This document shows, one piece after another, positions 1 through 10,346 of a stretch of DNA of 64,000 nucleotides. Each line of letters starts with the position of its first letter. The stretch's first letter is position 1. Source of the DNA: Candidatus Cloacimonadales bacterium (GTDB taxonomy: Bacteria; Cloacimonadota; Cloacimonadia; Cloacimonadales; JAFGVF01); assembly GCA_963678315.1 (NCBI GenBank), contig OY782781.1:1888001-1952000 (forward strand). The letters run 5' to 3'. The translations under genes were made by a program, and so were the position numbers. The notes under the pieces were generated by a model. It did no database searches and had not been told where the DNA came from. It was given only the letters and a program-made list of their open reading frames with translations.

Positions 1-619
1 AGCTGCTCAAATCGGTGGACCATCAGGTGGTTGTTTAACTGAAGAACACTTAGATATGCAAATGGACTTTGACTCTCTTCAAGCTGCTGGAGCTATGGTT
101 GGTTCTGGTGGACTTGTGATTCTTGATACAAAAACATGTATGATTGAGACTGCTAGATTCTTCATGAGTTTTACTCAAAATGAATCATGCGGTAAATGTA
201 TTCCTTGTAGAGAGGGAACAGGTAGAATGCTTGAAATTCTTACTAGAATCACTAAAGGTAAAGGTCAAGAAGGTGATATCGAGCTTCTTAAAGAACTAGG
301 TCACACAGTTAAAGAAGCATCTTTATGCGGATTAGGTAAAACTGCAGCTAACCCTGTTCTATCAACTCTTCACTATTTTGAAGATGAATATAAAGAACAC
401 ATCTTTAACATGAGATGCCCAGCTGGTGAATGCAGTGACTTAAAAGTATATGAAATTGTTCCAGAATTATGTAAAGGTTGTTCAAAATGTGCTAGAGTAT
501 GTCCTAACGATGCTATCTCAGGCAAAATCAAAGAACCGTTCGTAATAGACCAAGAAAAATGTATTAAATGTGGTGCTTGTGAATCAGCATGTCCATTTAA
601 CGCTATTAAAGTAGGATAG
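1..619 (+). CDS. hydB: NuoF-like flavin/FeS subunit of multimeric [FeFe] hydrogenase (HydB/HndC type), 5' truncated by window edge
   Basis: Frame is open from position 2 (AAQIGGPSGGCL...). It carries the ESCGKCIPCREG NuoF 4Fe-4S motif and a C-terminal 2x[4Fe-4S] ferredoxin domain, and lies directly upstream of hydA. Confidence 0.88.
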   Translation, partial: AAQIGGPSGGCLTEEHLDMQMDFDSLQAAGAMVGSGGLVILDTKTCMIETARFFMSFTQNESCGKCIPCREGTGRMLEILTRITKGKGQEGDIELLKELGHTVKEASLCGLGKTAANPVLSTLHYFEDEYKEHIFNMRCPAGECSDLKVYEIVPELCKGCSKCARVCPNDAISGKIKEPFVIDQEKCIKCGACESACPFNAIKVG

Positions 620-630
620 GAGAATAAACG

Positions 631-2640
631 ATGAAACAATATATGGAAGTTAACGGTAGACAAGTAGAAATTACTGGTAATGAAAAAAATATACTAGAAT
701 TAGTTCGCAAGTTGGGAATAGAAATTCCTACATTCTGCTATCACTCAGAACTATCAGTTTATGGTGCTTGCCGTATGTGTATGGTTGAAGATGAAAATGG
801 TAACTTAATGACTTCATGTTCAACAAAACCAACTGAAGGAATGAAGATTAAGACACATACTAAGAAGATAATGAACACTAGAAGAATGATTCTTGAACTT
901 CTTTTAGCAAATCATCACCAAGATTGTACTACTTGTGAAAAAAGTGGTAACTGTAAATTGCAAGAATTAGCAGTTAACATGGGTGTTAAAAAAGTTAGAT
1001 TCAAACCAAGAACAGAATGGCAAGATCTTGATATGTCTTCAAAGAGTATAGTTAGAGATCCTAACAAATGTATTCTTTGTGGTGACTGTGTAAGAATGTG
1101 TTCAGAAGTTCAAGGTGTTGGTGTTTTAGGTTTTGTTAATAGAGGACCTGAAATCGGTGTTGTTCCTGCTTTCAATAAACCTATCTCTGATGTAGATTGT
1201 GTTAATTGTGGTCAATGTGTAAGCGTATGTCCTACTGGTGCTTTAACTGTAAAAGATGATACAATGAAAGCTTGGGAAGCATTAATTGATCCTAAGAAAA
1301 AAGTTGTAGTTCAAATTGCTCCAGCCGTAAGAGTTGCTTTAGGTGAAGAATTCAATTTACCTGAAGGTCAAAACAGTCTTTACAGATCTGTGGCTGCTCT
1401 TAAATTAATGGGTGCTGACTATGTATTTGATACATCATTTAGTGCAGATTTAACAGTTGTAGAAGAAGCAAGTGAATTTGTAAATAGAGTACTTAAAAAT
1501 GAAAAGCTACCACAGTTCACATCATGTTGTCCTGGTTGGGTAACTTATGCAGAAAGAAATTGTCCAGATATGTTAAGCAATCTTTCTACATGTAAATCAC
1601 CTCAACAGATGTTTGGTGCTGTATTTAAGAAGTTCTTCGCTAAGCAAATGAATGTTAAACCTGAAGATATGTTTGTATTATCAGTAATGCCTTGTACAGC
1701 TAAGAAATTTGAAGCAGATAGACCTGAATTCAACACTGATGGTGCACAAGATGTAGATTGCGTAATCACAACAGTTGAATTAGCTAGAATGATAAGAAAG
1801 ATGGGACTTCAGTTCAATGAAATCGAACCTGCATCATTAGATATGCCGTTTGGATTCTCATCAGGTGCTGGTGTAATCTTCGGTACTTCTGGTGGTGTTG
1901 CTGAAGCAGCTCTTAGATATGCAGTTGAAAACATTACTGGTGAAACTTTAACAGATGTTAACTTCAAAGAAGTTAGAGGACTTAAAGGTATCAAAGAAGC
2001 AGATTTCAGAATTGCAGATAAAGAAATAAAATTAGCAGTTGTTTCAGGATTAGCTAATGCTAAATCAATAGTTGAAAAAATTAGAGCTAAAGAAGTTAAC
2101 TATGACTTTGTAGAAGTTATGGCTTGTCCTGGTGGATGTATCAATGGTGGCGGACAACCTGTTTCACATGATACAGATACTACACAAAAACGTTCTGAAG
2201 GCTTATACGATATAGATGCTAAATCTACTGTTAAAAAAGCTCAAAACAACCCAACAATAGAAAAATTATATGCAGAATGGTTAAAATCTCCAAATAGTGA
2301 TGAAGCTCATTATGCTCTTCACACTCATTATAACCATAAGAAAAGAATAGATGGCTTCGAAATCAAAGATGAACAAGAAGTCGAAAAGAAAGTTACTGTT
2401 TCAGTTTGTGTGGGAACAAACTGCTACCTAAAAGGTTCTTATGATGTATTACAAGGACTTATCAACTTATCTAAGAAACACAACATCGAAGATAAAGTTG
2501 AATTTAAAGGTACTTTCTGCTTAGAAAACTGTAGCTGTGGTCCATCAATCAAAGTATCAGATGATGTTCACAAATACGGAGTAAACAAAGAAGAAACTGA
2601 AAAGTTCTTCAATAATGTAGTACTTCCACGTATTAAATAA
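631..2640 (+). CDS. hydA: [FeFe] hydrogenase catalytic subunit, group A (NuoG-like N-terminus, C-terminal thioredoxin-like 2Fe-2S domain)
   Basis: H-cluster motifs TSCCPGW, MPCTAKKFE and EVMACPGGCINGGG; N-terminal 2Fe-2S, His-ligated 4Fe-4S and 2x4Fe-4S motifs; C-terminal CVGTNC...CLENC; RBS aggag. Confidence 0.95.
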   Translation: MKQYMEVNGRQVEITGNEKNILELVRKLGIEIPTFCYHSELSVYGACRMCMVEDENGNLMTSCSTKPTEGMKIKTHTKKIMNTRRMILELLLANHHQDCTTCEKSGNCKLQELAVNMGVKKVRFKPRTEWQDLDMSSKSIVRDPNKCILCGDCVRMCSEVQGVGVLGFVNRGPEIGVVPAFNKPISDVDCVNCGQCVSVCPTGALTVKDDTMKAWEALIDPKKKVVVQIAPAVRVALGEEFNLPEGQNSLYRSVAALKLMGADYVFDTSFSADLTVVEEASEFVNRVLKNEKLPQFTSCCPGWVTYAERNCPDMLSNLSTCKSPQQMFGAVFKKFFAKQMNVKPEDMFVLSVMPCTAKKFEADRPEFNTDGAQDVDCVITTVELARMIRKMGLQFNEIEPASLDMPFGFSSGAGVIFGTSGGVAEAALRYAVENITGETLTDVNFKEVRGLKGIKEADFRIADKEIKLAVVSGLANAKSIVEKIRAKEVNYDFVEVMACPGGCINGGGQPVSHDTDTTQKRSEGLYDIDAKSTVKKAQNNPTIEKLYAEWLKSPNSDEAHYALHTHYNHKKRIDGFEIKDEQEVEKKVTVSVCVGTNCYLKGSYDVLQGLINLSKKHNIEDKVEFKGTFCLENCSCGPSIKVSDDVHKYGVNKEETEKFFNNVVLPRIK

Positions 2641-2674
2641 AGAATTGTCTCCCAATTCTATTTGTATGTAAAAT

Positions 2675-2708
2675 AAAAACCCCCGCTGTCCTCGGGGGTT
2701 TCTTTTTG
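2675..2708 (+). terminator. Rho-independent terminator after hydA
   Basis: aaaacccccg-ctgtcct-cgggggtttt stem-loop followed by a T-tract. Confidence 0.8.
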
Positions 2709-2769
2709 TATTAATATAGTATGAAGATATATATTCTTTATACATTTACACTTAAATATTCAAGGAAAT

Positions 2770-2853
2770 CAAGCATCTTGCTTGGCATAATTCTGGGAAG
2801 GCAAGCAAGCATCTTGCTGGACACAATACTGGGAAGGCAAGCATCTTGCTTGC
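2770..2853. repeat. Three tandem REP-like palindromes (ctgggaag)gcaagcatcttgcttgc
   Basis: Copies at 2770-2784, 2793-2820 and 2829-2853 with core GCAAGCA-TCT-TGCTTGC. Confidence 0.7.
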
Positions 2854-2967
2854 TATAAGCTTTGTTAATATTTCTTTAATAGGCAATGTTTTTTCTTGAC
2901 ACTTAAGAATTAGGCAATATTCTTTTAATGAGAAAGAATTTTAATAAATAAAATATAGGGAGTTAGT

Positions 2968-4458
2968 ATGAAAAAGTTTCTACTAATGTTTTTAGTATTA
3001 TTGCCTGTTTTACTTGTATCTCAGGAAGATACGAATGATGGTTTTCAGATGGGTGGTTCCGCAGGTGCTATGACTATTAATGGTGAGACATACACCAGAA
3101 TTAGATTAAATCCTGAATTTGTTTTTTGGAAATTTGGTGTTGGCTTAGATTTTGACCTTCTTATTACAGGAGAAGGAGATTTAAGAGAAGAGGATTGGGA
3201 TGATCCAGAAGATTACATAAACAAGATTTTATATATTCGTTATGGTCATAGAGGTGATCCATTTTATGCTAAAGTTGGTAGCATGAAATCTTACACTCTT
3301 GCTAATGGTCTTATAATGAGTGGTTATTCAAATATGCTACAATATCCAGATGTTAGAAAGATAGGCGGTTATTTTGGTATTAATACTGAAATAAGCGGAT
3401 TGGGTTTAGAAGTCTTTGATGCTGATTTTGCAGAAAATGATATTTTTGCAGGAAGAGTTTTCTTGGACCCATTCCAAGTAACACAAGCACCATTATTTAA
3501 AAACTTACAATTAGGTGCATCATTTGCTATAGATACTGACCAATATAATAGATTTAATGATGAAGATGGAGATAATGTACCTGACATCTTTGATGCTTTT
3601 GAAGATGATTCTAATTATTCAGTAGATACTGATGGTGATGGAATTCCTGATGAAGAAGATATTGATGCTGATGGTGATAATTTAATTGATAATCCTGATG
3701 ATGGTACTGAATGGTGGGGGCAATTACCTGAATCTTATCAAGATAATGATGGCGTAAATCTTGATAAAGCTAGTAAGTATGATGCTGAAGATGAAGTTGT
3801 TATCTTTGGTCTAGATTATACATTACCTATTATTGATGAAGAGTATTTAAAGCTATATCATTATTCTGAATATGCAAAAATTCTTGATTATGGTCAAGGT
3901 GTAATATTCCCTGGTTTTGGTGCTAAAATTGCTATTTTTGATTTCAAACTTGAAGGTAGAAGATTTGAAGATGAATTTATACCTGGATATTTCGATTATC
4001 AATATGATACTCAAAGATCTTATGTGTCTGGCGATACAATCATAACAAAGGAATCTATACTTGAAGAAGTAAAGGCTTCAACAGGTTGGTATGGTTCTGT
4101 AACAGCTAATATAGCAAATGTTATATATTTTGATTTAGCTTATCAAGATATGTATGGTGATGATGTTACAACAGGTAAATCTTTATGGGCTGGCTTACGT
4201 GCAGATACAAGTATGATACCTAAAATTAAAGAAGCATCAATTGAATATTCTCAAACAAACAAAAGATATATAAACTTTTCAGAATTTAGAAATCCTAATG
4301 CTGTAGTTAATGGCAAGATTTCTTATGAGTTAAGTCCATCTTCTTTCTTAGTTGGTAATTATAAAGAACGCTATACAGATATAAATAATGATGGTAAAAT
4401 CAAAGGTACAGATGAAATTGAAAAAACCTTTGGTTTTGGAGTAGAATTTAACTTCTAA
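2968..4458 (+). CDS. Secreted, probable outer-membrane protein with Asp-rich Ca-binding (TSP type-3-like) insert
   Basis: Signal peptide; DxDGDxxPD repeats in the middle; C-terminal alternating strand ending FGFGVEFNF. Confidence 0.6.
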   Translation: MKKFLLMFLVLLPVLLVSQEDTNDGFQMGGSAGAMTINGETYTRIRLNPEFVFWKFGVGLDFDLLITGEGDLREEDWDDPEDYINKILYIRYGHRGDPFYAKVGSMKSYTLANGLIMSGYSNMLQYPDVRKIGGYFGINTEISGLGLEVFDADFAENDIFAGRVFLDPFQVTQAPLFKNLQLGASFAIDTDQYNRFNDEDGDNVPDIFDAFEDDSNYSVDTDGDGIPDEEDIDADGDNLIDNPDDGTEWWGQLPESYQDNDGVNLDKASKYDAEDEVVIFGLDYTLPIIDEEYLKLYHYSEYAKILDYGQGVIFPGFGAKIAIFDFKLEGRRFEDEFIPGYFDYQYDTQRSYVSGDTIITKESILEEVKASTGWYGSVTANIANVIYFDLAYQDMYGDDVTTGKSLWAGLRADTSMIPKIKEASIEYSQTNKRYINFSEFRNPNAVVNGKISYELSPSSFLVGNYKERYTDINNDGKIKGTDEIEKTFGFGVEFNF

Positions 4459-4468
4459 ACATATATGT

Positions 4469-4503
4469 AAGAATGTAGGTAAAAGCCTACATTCTTCTTT
4501 TCT
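4469..4503 (+). terminator. Rho-independent terminator
   Basis: aagaatgtagg-taaaag-cctacattctt followed by ctttt. Confidence 0.7.
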
Positions 4504-4561
4504 CTAGTTTCTTGAGGCTGAATAAACAACAATAACAATTACAACCCCATAAGAAGTAAAA

Positions 4562-6229
4562 ATGGAAATATATCTCTTAAGTATTAATATATTGATTTTA
4601 TTAATAGTCTGCTTATTAGCTTATCTAATATACAAGAAGATTACCGGAAAAAGTAATATAATTCAATCTGAAGTAAAAACTATAAATCCTGATTTAGTAA
4701 ATGTTAAAGAAAATGAATTAATGCATATTCTACCATATCCTGCTATAATGATTGATATAAACGGAAACATAGTAGATTATAATTTTATGTCAAAGGAACT
4801 TCTACCTAATATTGAGATTGGCAAACGTTCAGAAGCAGATTTAATTTTATCGACAACAGAAGCAGAATTACCATTCAAGGAAGCCTTTATTAATCGTAAA
4901 ACAATAACAAAAAAGTTTTTATATAAACAATCTGTTTATTCAATGCTAGTGATACCATATTATGAGAATAGTAACATAGTTGGTTTTTACGAATTATTCT
5001 TAGATATATCTGAAGTTGAGCAATTAAAAAAGGATAGAGGTCAGAAATCAAAACTAGAGACAGTTGGGCATTTATCAATGGGAATGGCGCATGATTTCAA
5101 TAATATATTGCAGGTAATCATGGGACATGCTGAGCTATGTTTAGATGAGGATGACATTGATGATGCAACTAAAGATAATTTGGAAATTATTTTACAGGCG
5201 GGAGATAAAGCTTGTTCTCTAACTAGACAACTTCTCATCTTCTCAAGGAAACAAGAGGGAGATTATAAGCTCCTTGAGCTTAATGCAATAATCAAGAGTA
5301 TGCAAAAAATGCTTGATAGATTATTAGGTGAAAACATCAAAATAGAGCTTAATCTATGGAAAAGTGGTTTAGAATTAAAAGCAGATGAAATACATTTGGA
5401 GCAGGTTATTCTAAACTTATGTGTTAATGCTCGAGATGCAATGCCTTCTGGTGGGACAATCAAAGTTTCAACTGAACTGATAGATGTAATGGCCGGAGAT
5501 TTTGATTCTAACCCTGAACGCTTACCAGGTCAGTATATAAAACTATCTGTTGCTGATACTGGTACAGGTATATCTCAAGAACATATTGATAAGATCTTTG
5601 AACCATTCTTTACAACCAAAGGCAAGGGCAAGGGTACTGGTTTGGGGCTTGCTAACGTGCTAGGTATTATAAAACAGTATAATGGTTTTATTGATATAGA
5701 AAGCAATATTGGATTTGGAACAGTTTTTAAAATATTTATTCCTCATAAAACATTTTCAGTAGATACACAGATTATTGATACTGAAGTAAAACAAGAAGCA
5801 AAGTTAGAACTAAATAATCAACATGTGCTTCTAATAGAAGATGATGATCTTATATGTCAGGTTGTAACTAAAATGCTAAAAAAGAATAAACTTAAGGTTT
5901 CTATTTGTAAAGACATTACATCCGCAACAAAATTACTAAATGAAGATTTATCAAAGTTTGATTTAATAATATCTGATTTAATACTTCCTGATGGTAATGG
6001 ATATGATTTATATAAATCTTTACAACAGATAAATAATAAAATTCCATTTATAATTACAAGTGGTTATTCTGAAGAACGAGAGGAATTAAAAAATCTTATC
6101 TCTGAAGGCGTATGCTTCTTAAAAAAACCATTCTCTGTAAAAGATTTAATGGGTAAAGTTAAAGAGATTTATAGAGCTTCTAAGAATAGGGATATAGATA
6201 AAGAAACTATGTCTAATAGTAAAAACTGA
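4562..6229 (+). CDS. Membrane-anchored hybrid sensor histidine kinase (PAS-HisKA-HATPase-REC)
   Basis: N-terminal TM; AHDFNNIL H-box, NARDAM N-box, DTGTG, FFTTKGKGKGTGLGL; receiver domain IEDD...SDLILPDG...KP. Confidence 0.92.
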   Translation: MEIYLLSINILILLIVCLLAYLIYKKITGKSNIIQSEVKTINPDLVNVKENELMHILPYPAIMIDINGNIVDYNFMSKELLPNIEIGKRSEADLILSTTEAELPFKEAFINRKTITKKFLYKQSVYSMLVIPYYENSNIVGFYELFLDISEVEQLKKDRGQKSKLETVGHLSMGMAHDFNNILQVIMGHAELCLDEDDIDDATKDNLEIILQAGDKACSLTRQLLIFSRKQEGDYKLLELNAIIKSMQKMLDRLLGENIKIELNLWKSGLELKADEIHLEQVILNLCVNARDAMPSGGTIKVSTELIDVMAGDFDSNPERLPGQYIKLSVADTGTGISQEHIDKIFEPFFTTKGKGKGTGLGLANVLGIIKQYNGFIDIESNIGFGTVFKIFIPHKTFSVDTQIIDTEVKQEAKLELNNQHVLLIEDDDLICQVVTKMLKKNKLKVSICKDITSATKLLNEDLSKFDLIISDLILPDGNGYDLYKSLQQINNKIPFIITSGYSEEREELKNLISEGVCFLKKPFSVKDLMGKVKEIYRASKNRDIDKETMSNSKN

Positions 6230-6326
6230 TAAGATATGATTAAATTTAATCTTCCTTTTTATTGACAGACTATTAGCATAGAATAAATTGCCGATTATAT
6301 AAATAATTATTTTTTTAGGAGAAAAA

Positions 6327-7577
6327 ATGAGTTCACTCGCGATATTAGGTTGCATGTTCGGAGACGAGGCTAAAGCGAAAATCGTTGATGTCATGGGAGC
6401 TGATGCAGACTTAGTTGTTCGTTTTCAAGGTGGTAATAATGCTGGTCATACTATATGTATTGGGGATGAAAAGTATGTATTCCATTTAGTTCCAGCTGGT
6501 ATATTATATCCAAAGATGACTTGTGCAATAGGAGCTGGTACAGCAATTGATCCTTGGGCACTAAAAGAAGAAATGGAAAACTTGAAAAATCAAGGTATTG
6601 AATTTGATGGTAGATTCTATCTAGATCCAAGAGCAAACGTTACCCTACAACTTCATAGAGAATTAGATTCAAAAAGTGAAAATACTAATAGTAAAATTGG
6701 TACCACTAAAAGAGGAATTGGACCAACTTATTCTGATGCAATTGCAAGAAAAGGGTTGAAGTTTATTGACCTTTTTGATGGTAGTGACCTTTCTTCAAAA
6801 ATACAAAATCTTTATCATTATCACAATATCAATTTGGCTGACGAGCTCTTAGATTCTATTATTGGAGAGTTAGAAGAGATCAAAAACTTCTATGCACCAT
6901 TTATTAGACAGGTCAATTATTTAATAAATGAATACTATAGTGCAGGAAAGAATGTTATCTTTGAAGGTGCACAAGGTACCTTGCTCGATATTACATATGG
7001 TACTTATCCATTTGTAACTTCATCTAATACTATGTCTGGTGGGATTTCTACCGGATGTGGGTTTCCACTAAGAAAAGTTGATAAAATACTTGGTGTATAT
7101 AAAGCATATTATACCAGAGTAGGGGATGGACCATTCCCAACAGAACTTTTTGATGAAACTGGCGAGCAAATCAGAAAACAGGGAAATGAGTTTGGTTCTA
7201 CTACTGGAAGACCAAGACGTTGTGGTTGGTTTGATTTATTTGCTTCAAAATACACTGCAGATATCAATGATGTTGATGAGATAGCTCTTACTCTAGTTGA
7301 TGTTTTAATGAATATAGATAGCATAAAAGTTTGTACAGGATACAATTATCAAGGTAAAAAACTCACTGAGTTCCCTGCTAGTTCTCAACAATTAGCAGAA
7401 TGTGAGCCTATATATACTTCTCTTGCTGGATGGACTGAAGATATCTCTTCAATTAGATCTTTTGATGAACTACCAGAAAATGCTAAAAACTATGTTCTTT
7501 TTGTGGAAAAAGAGATGGGCAAGAAAGTTTCAATAGTATCAGTAGGACCAGGAAGGGAGCAAACAATATTTAGATAA
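6327..7577 (+). CDS. purA: Adenylosuccinate synthetase
   Basis: FGDEAKAKIVD, RFQGGNNAGHT, GTTKRGIGPTY, EGAQG, TTGRPRRCGW motifs. Confidence 0.97.
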   Translation: MSSLAILGCMFGDEAKAKIVDVMGADADLVVRFQGGNNAGHTICIGDEKYVFHLVPAGILYPKMTCAIGAGTAIDPWALKEEMENLKNQGIEFDGRFYLDPRANVTLQLHRELDSKSENTNSKIGTTKRGIGPTYSDAIARKGLKFIDLFDGSDLSSKIQNLYHYHNINLADELLDSIIGELEEIKNFYAPFIRQVNYLINEYYSAGKNVIFEGAQGTLLDITYGTYPFVTSSNTMSGGISTGCGFPLRKVDKILGVYKAYYTRVGDGPFPTELFDETGEQIRKQGNEFGSTTGRPRRCGWFDLFASKYTADINDVDEIALTLVDVLMNIDSIKVCTGYNYQGKKLTEFPASSQQLAECEPIYTSLAGWTEDISSIRSFDELPENAKNYVLFVEKEMGKKVSIVSVGPGREQTIFR

Positions 7578-7589
7578 AGGAGATAGGGG

Positions 7590-8774
7590 ATGAAAAAATT
7601 ATTATTAATTAGTGTGCTATTTGCAATTTGTGCAGTTCCTTTAACAGCTAACTACCAATATAGTGCACCAGAGTTTATGCAAGCTTACTATGACTTATTC
7701 TCTCAGAACTACCTGAATGCACTTGCTGCAGGTCGAGGTAATACAGGTGTCGCAAAAGTTGAGAACATAGAAAATGCAGTGATAAATCCAGCAGGATTTT
7801 CAACCGAGCATTCTGAACTTTATACAGAGATTGTGTTCAAACCTTCTCAAGATGAGTTTGGTCATACTGGCAATAATAATTATCTTAGTGAAAATCCCCT
7901 TTCAATGATTGGTCTAGGATTTACTTTAGTAGATGATTTAAGTACAGGAATATACTATTCTCATCCTAAGAATATTAAGTATGATAACTATGCGATATCG
8001 TTACCTACAGGTGCCTATGTTAATATAAAAAGTGAATACACACATCATAGAATCGGTTTTGTGAATTCTTATAACTTTGGTATAGTATCTATGGGTGCAG
8101 ATGTAAACTATAACATTCATAATTACGATAACTTTGTTGTAATGGGATCTACTGAAAAGATTGATATGAAAGAAGCTGGTATTTCTTTTGCAACAGGAGC
8201 TGTAATTTCTACTTCGGATAATTTTAATATAGGATTAGCTTATAATCATTCAGAAGACTATGAATTTACCAATAGACATACTAGTTGGGATGTCACAATT
8301 CCAGCAAAGATTACAGCCGGGCTATCATATAGATATAACAGAAATAGTGTTGTAAATATGGATGTAGAACATAGATTGAACAGTCAAATGAGTGACGATT
8401 ATGAAGATATAGATATTTTAAAACTAGGATTTGAACAACAAATTAGAAATAGTATTATCCGTATTGGTGGTATCTATATTCCATCAACTTTTAATGGTGT
8501 GGTAGATCTTCCAACAGTAGGCATTGAAGATATGAACACATTCTATGAACCAGATAATTACAATGGTGGTATAGAAGTAATTGGAGAAACTGATCAAACA
8601 TTTCTAACTGTGGGATATACTCTAAATCTTGAAGATTTTACTTTCAATTTGGCAGCAATGCAAGCTTTGAATTCTGAAGTTAATACTACTCAATTCTATA
8701 TCTCTCTTGGTGTTAACCTAACTGATTTCGATATTAACAACTATACTCCAGGAAGCTATGAAGATGATGAATAG
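7590..8774 (+). CDS. Outer-membrane beta-barrel, FadL/PorV-like
   Basis: Signal peptide; ALAAGRGNTGVA...NAVINPA resembles the FadL/PorV N-terminal plug motif. Confidence 0.55.
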   Translation: MKKLLLISVLFAICAVPLTANYQYSAPEFMQAYYDLFSQNYLNALAAGRGNTGVAKVENIENAVINPAGFSTEHSELYTEIVFKPSQDEFGHTGNNNYLSENPLSMIGLGFTLVDDLSTGIYYSHPKNIKYDNYAISLPTGAYVNIKSEYTHHRIGFVNSYNFGIVSMGADVNYNIHNYDNFVVMGSTEKIDMKEAGISFATGAVISTSDNFNIGLAYNHSEDYEFTNRHTSWDVTIPAKITAGLSYRYNRNSVVNMDVEHRLNSQMSDDYEDIDILKLGFEQQIRNSIIRIGGIYIPSTFNGVVDLPTVGIEDMNTFYEPDNYNGGIEVIGETDQTFLTVGYTLNLEDFTFNLAAMQALNSEVNTTQFYISLGVNLTDFDINNYTPGSYEDDE

Positions 8775-9897
8775 TAAAGTTTTTGTCAAAAGAATGGAAT
8801 CTTATGATTTAGATAAGATAGTTTCATTTCTTAGAAGACATTACTTTAAGTCTGAAGAGCAGATTAGTAAAATAAAGAGGAAGAAAATACTAATCAAACC
8901 TAATCTTCTAGGTGCATATTCCCCTGAAAAAGCTGTTACTACTCACCCAATCATCGTTGAAGCAGTTGTAATATTACTTCAAGAACTTGGATGTTCTATT
9001 GTATTGGGCGATTCTCCAGGTGGAAGTGTTAGTTATGAACAAGTATGCCAGAAGACTGAATTAAAAAGAGTCGCTGATGAATACAAGGTTGATTTAGTTA
9101 ACTTCAACAAGCTTCCAGTAAAAATAAACAAAGTTGATGGTTATGATATCTCATATTCCCAAATCTTTGATGATGTTGATTATATTATTAACCTTGCAAA
9201 ATATAAAACACACGGATTGATGCAATTTACTGGTGCAGTAAAAAACTTGTACGGTTTGATTCCAGGATTAAAAAAAGCTGACTACCATAGACAGTTTCCT
9301 AACAGTCGAGATTTCTCTAAATTTATATCTACTTTCTATAAAATGATTAAGCCAAAAATCTTATTAAGTGTGATAGATGGCATAGTTGGAATGGAAGGAA
9401 AGGGGCCTAGTGGCGGTAAAGCACGTGATTTTGGCATTATATTTAGTTCTGAGACTTCTTCTGCTCTTGATTATGTTGCAGCTTATATGATGGGATTTCA
9501 ACCAATGAAAATTGACCTTATAAAGTTGTCTATGCATGATGATGGAGTTTTATCTTCTAGGATATCTAGTAACTTTCTCTGGAAAGATAACATATTCGAT
9601 AATGTAGATATTGGAATTGTTAAAACTAGCAATAGAATACTTAATAATTTTCCAAAGTTAGGTAAAACAATTTTCGATAGGTTGTTCTGGTACAAACCTG
9701 TGATTACTGATAAGTGTAAAAAATGTAATGTTTGCTATGATAGCTGTCCTGTTGATGCAATCATAAAAGATAGTGAAGGAAACTTAAAGATAGATGATAA
9801 GAAATGCATAAAATGTTTATGTTGTCATGAATTCTGTGTTTATAATGCAATTAGAATTGATAAATCAGCTATTGCAAGGAAGTTGATTCCTACATAG
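8758..9897 (+). CDS. DUF362-family protein with C-terminal 2x[4Fe-4S] ferredoxin domain
   Basis: LIKPN, TTHP, GDSPG, KYKTH, AVKNLYG, GMEGKGP motifs; CKKCNVC..CP and CIKCLCCHEFC. Confidence 0.85.
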   Translation: MKMMNSKVFVKRMESYDLDKIVSFLRRHYFKSEEQISKIKRKKILIKPNLLGAYSPEKAVTTHPIIVEAVVILLQELGCSIVLGDSPGGSVSYEQVCQKTELKRVADEYKVDLVNFNKLPVKINKVDGYDISYSQIFDDVDYIINLAKYKTHGLMQFTGAVKNLYGLIPGLKKADYHRQFPNSRDFSKFISTFYKMIKPKILLSVIDGIVGMEGKGPSGGKARDFGIIFSSETSSALDYVAAYMMGFQPMKIDLIKLSMHDDGVLSSRISSNFLWKDNIFDNVDIGIVKTSNRILNNFPKLGKTIFDRLFWYKPVITDKCKKCNVCYDSCPVDAIIKDSEGNLKIDDKKCIKCLCCHEFCVYNAIRIDKSAIARKLIPT

Positions 9898-9999
9898 AAG
9901 TAACATTCTAGACTTGTCGATTGGTTAGGATATAGTTAATATTCAAAAAAATCTTGACGGTCTATTCATAATTATAGTAAATGAATAAAATGAGGAGAT

Positions 10000-10320
10000 G
10001 TGATGCCGAAAGTACATAAAAATCCAACTGCTTCTAGAATAAGGAAGATAGTTTTACTAGTTGTAACGACTGTAGTATTAGTTTATGTTACTTTTGTTGG
10101 TGAGAATAGTATTATTTCCTTACTAAAGTATAAAAAAGAAGTTACTGCTAACAAGGCTGCATTAGAGAAGACTGAAGCAATCTTAGATAGCTTGAATCAA
10201 GAAAACGATAAGCTAGAAAATGATGATAGAACTATTGAAAAGATAGCTAGAGAAGAATACGATATGCAGAGACCTGATGAGAAAGTAACAATAATAAAGA
10301 AAACAGACGAAGATAAATAA
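10000..10320 (+). CDS. ftsB: Septum formation initiator FtsB/DivIC family
   Basis: Single TM, coiled coil, IEKIAREEYDMQRPDE motif. Confidence 0.8.
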   Translation: MMPKVHKNPTASRIRKIVLLVVTTVVLVYVTFVGENSIISLLKYKKEVTANKAALEKTEAILDSLNQENDKLENDDRTIEKIAREEYDMQRPDEKVTIIKKTDEDK

Positions 10321-10346
10321 ATTAAGTTATTATAGAGGTTGGTAAT

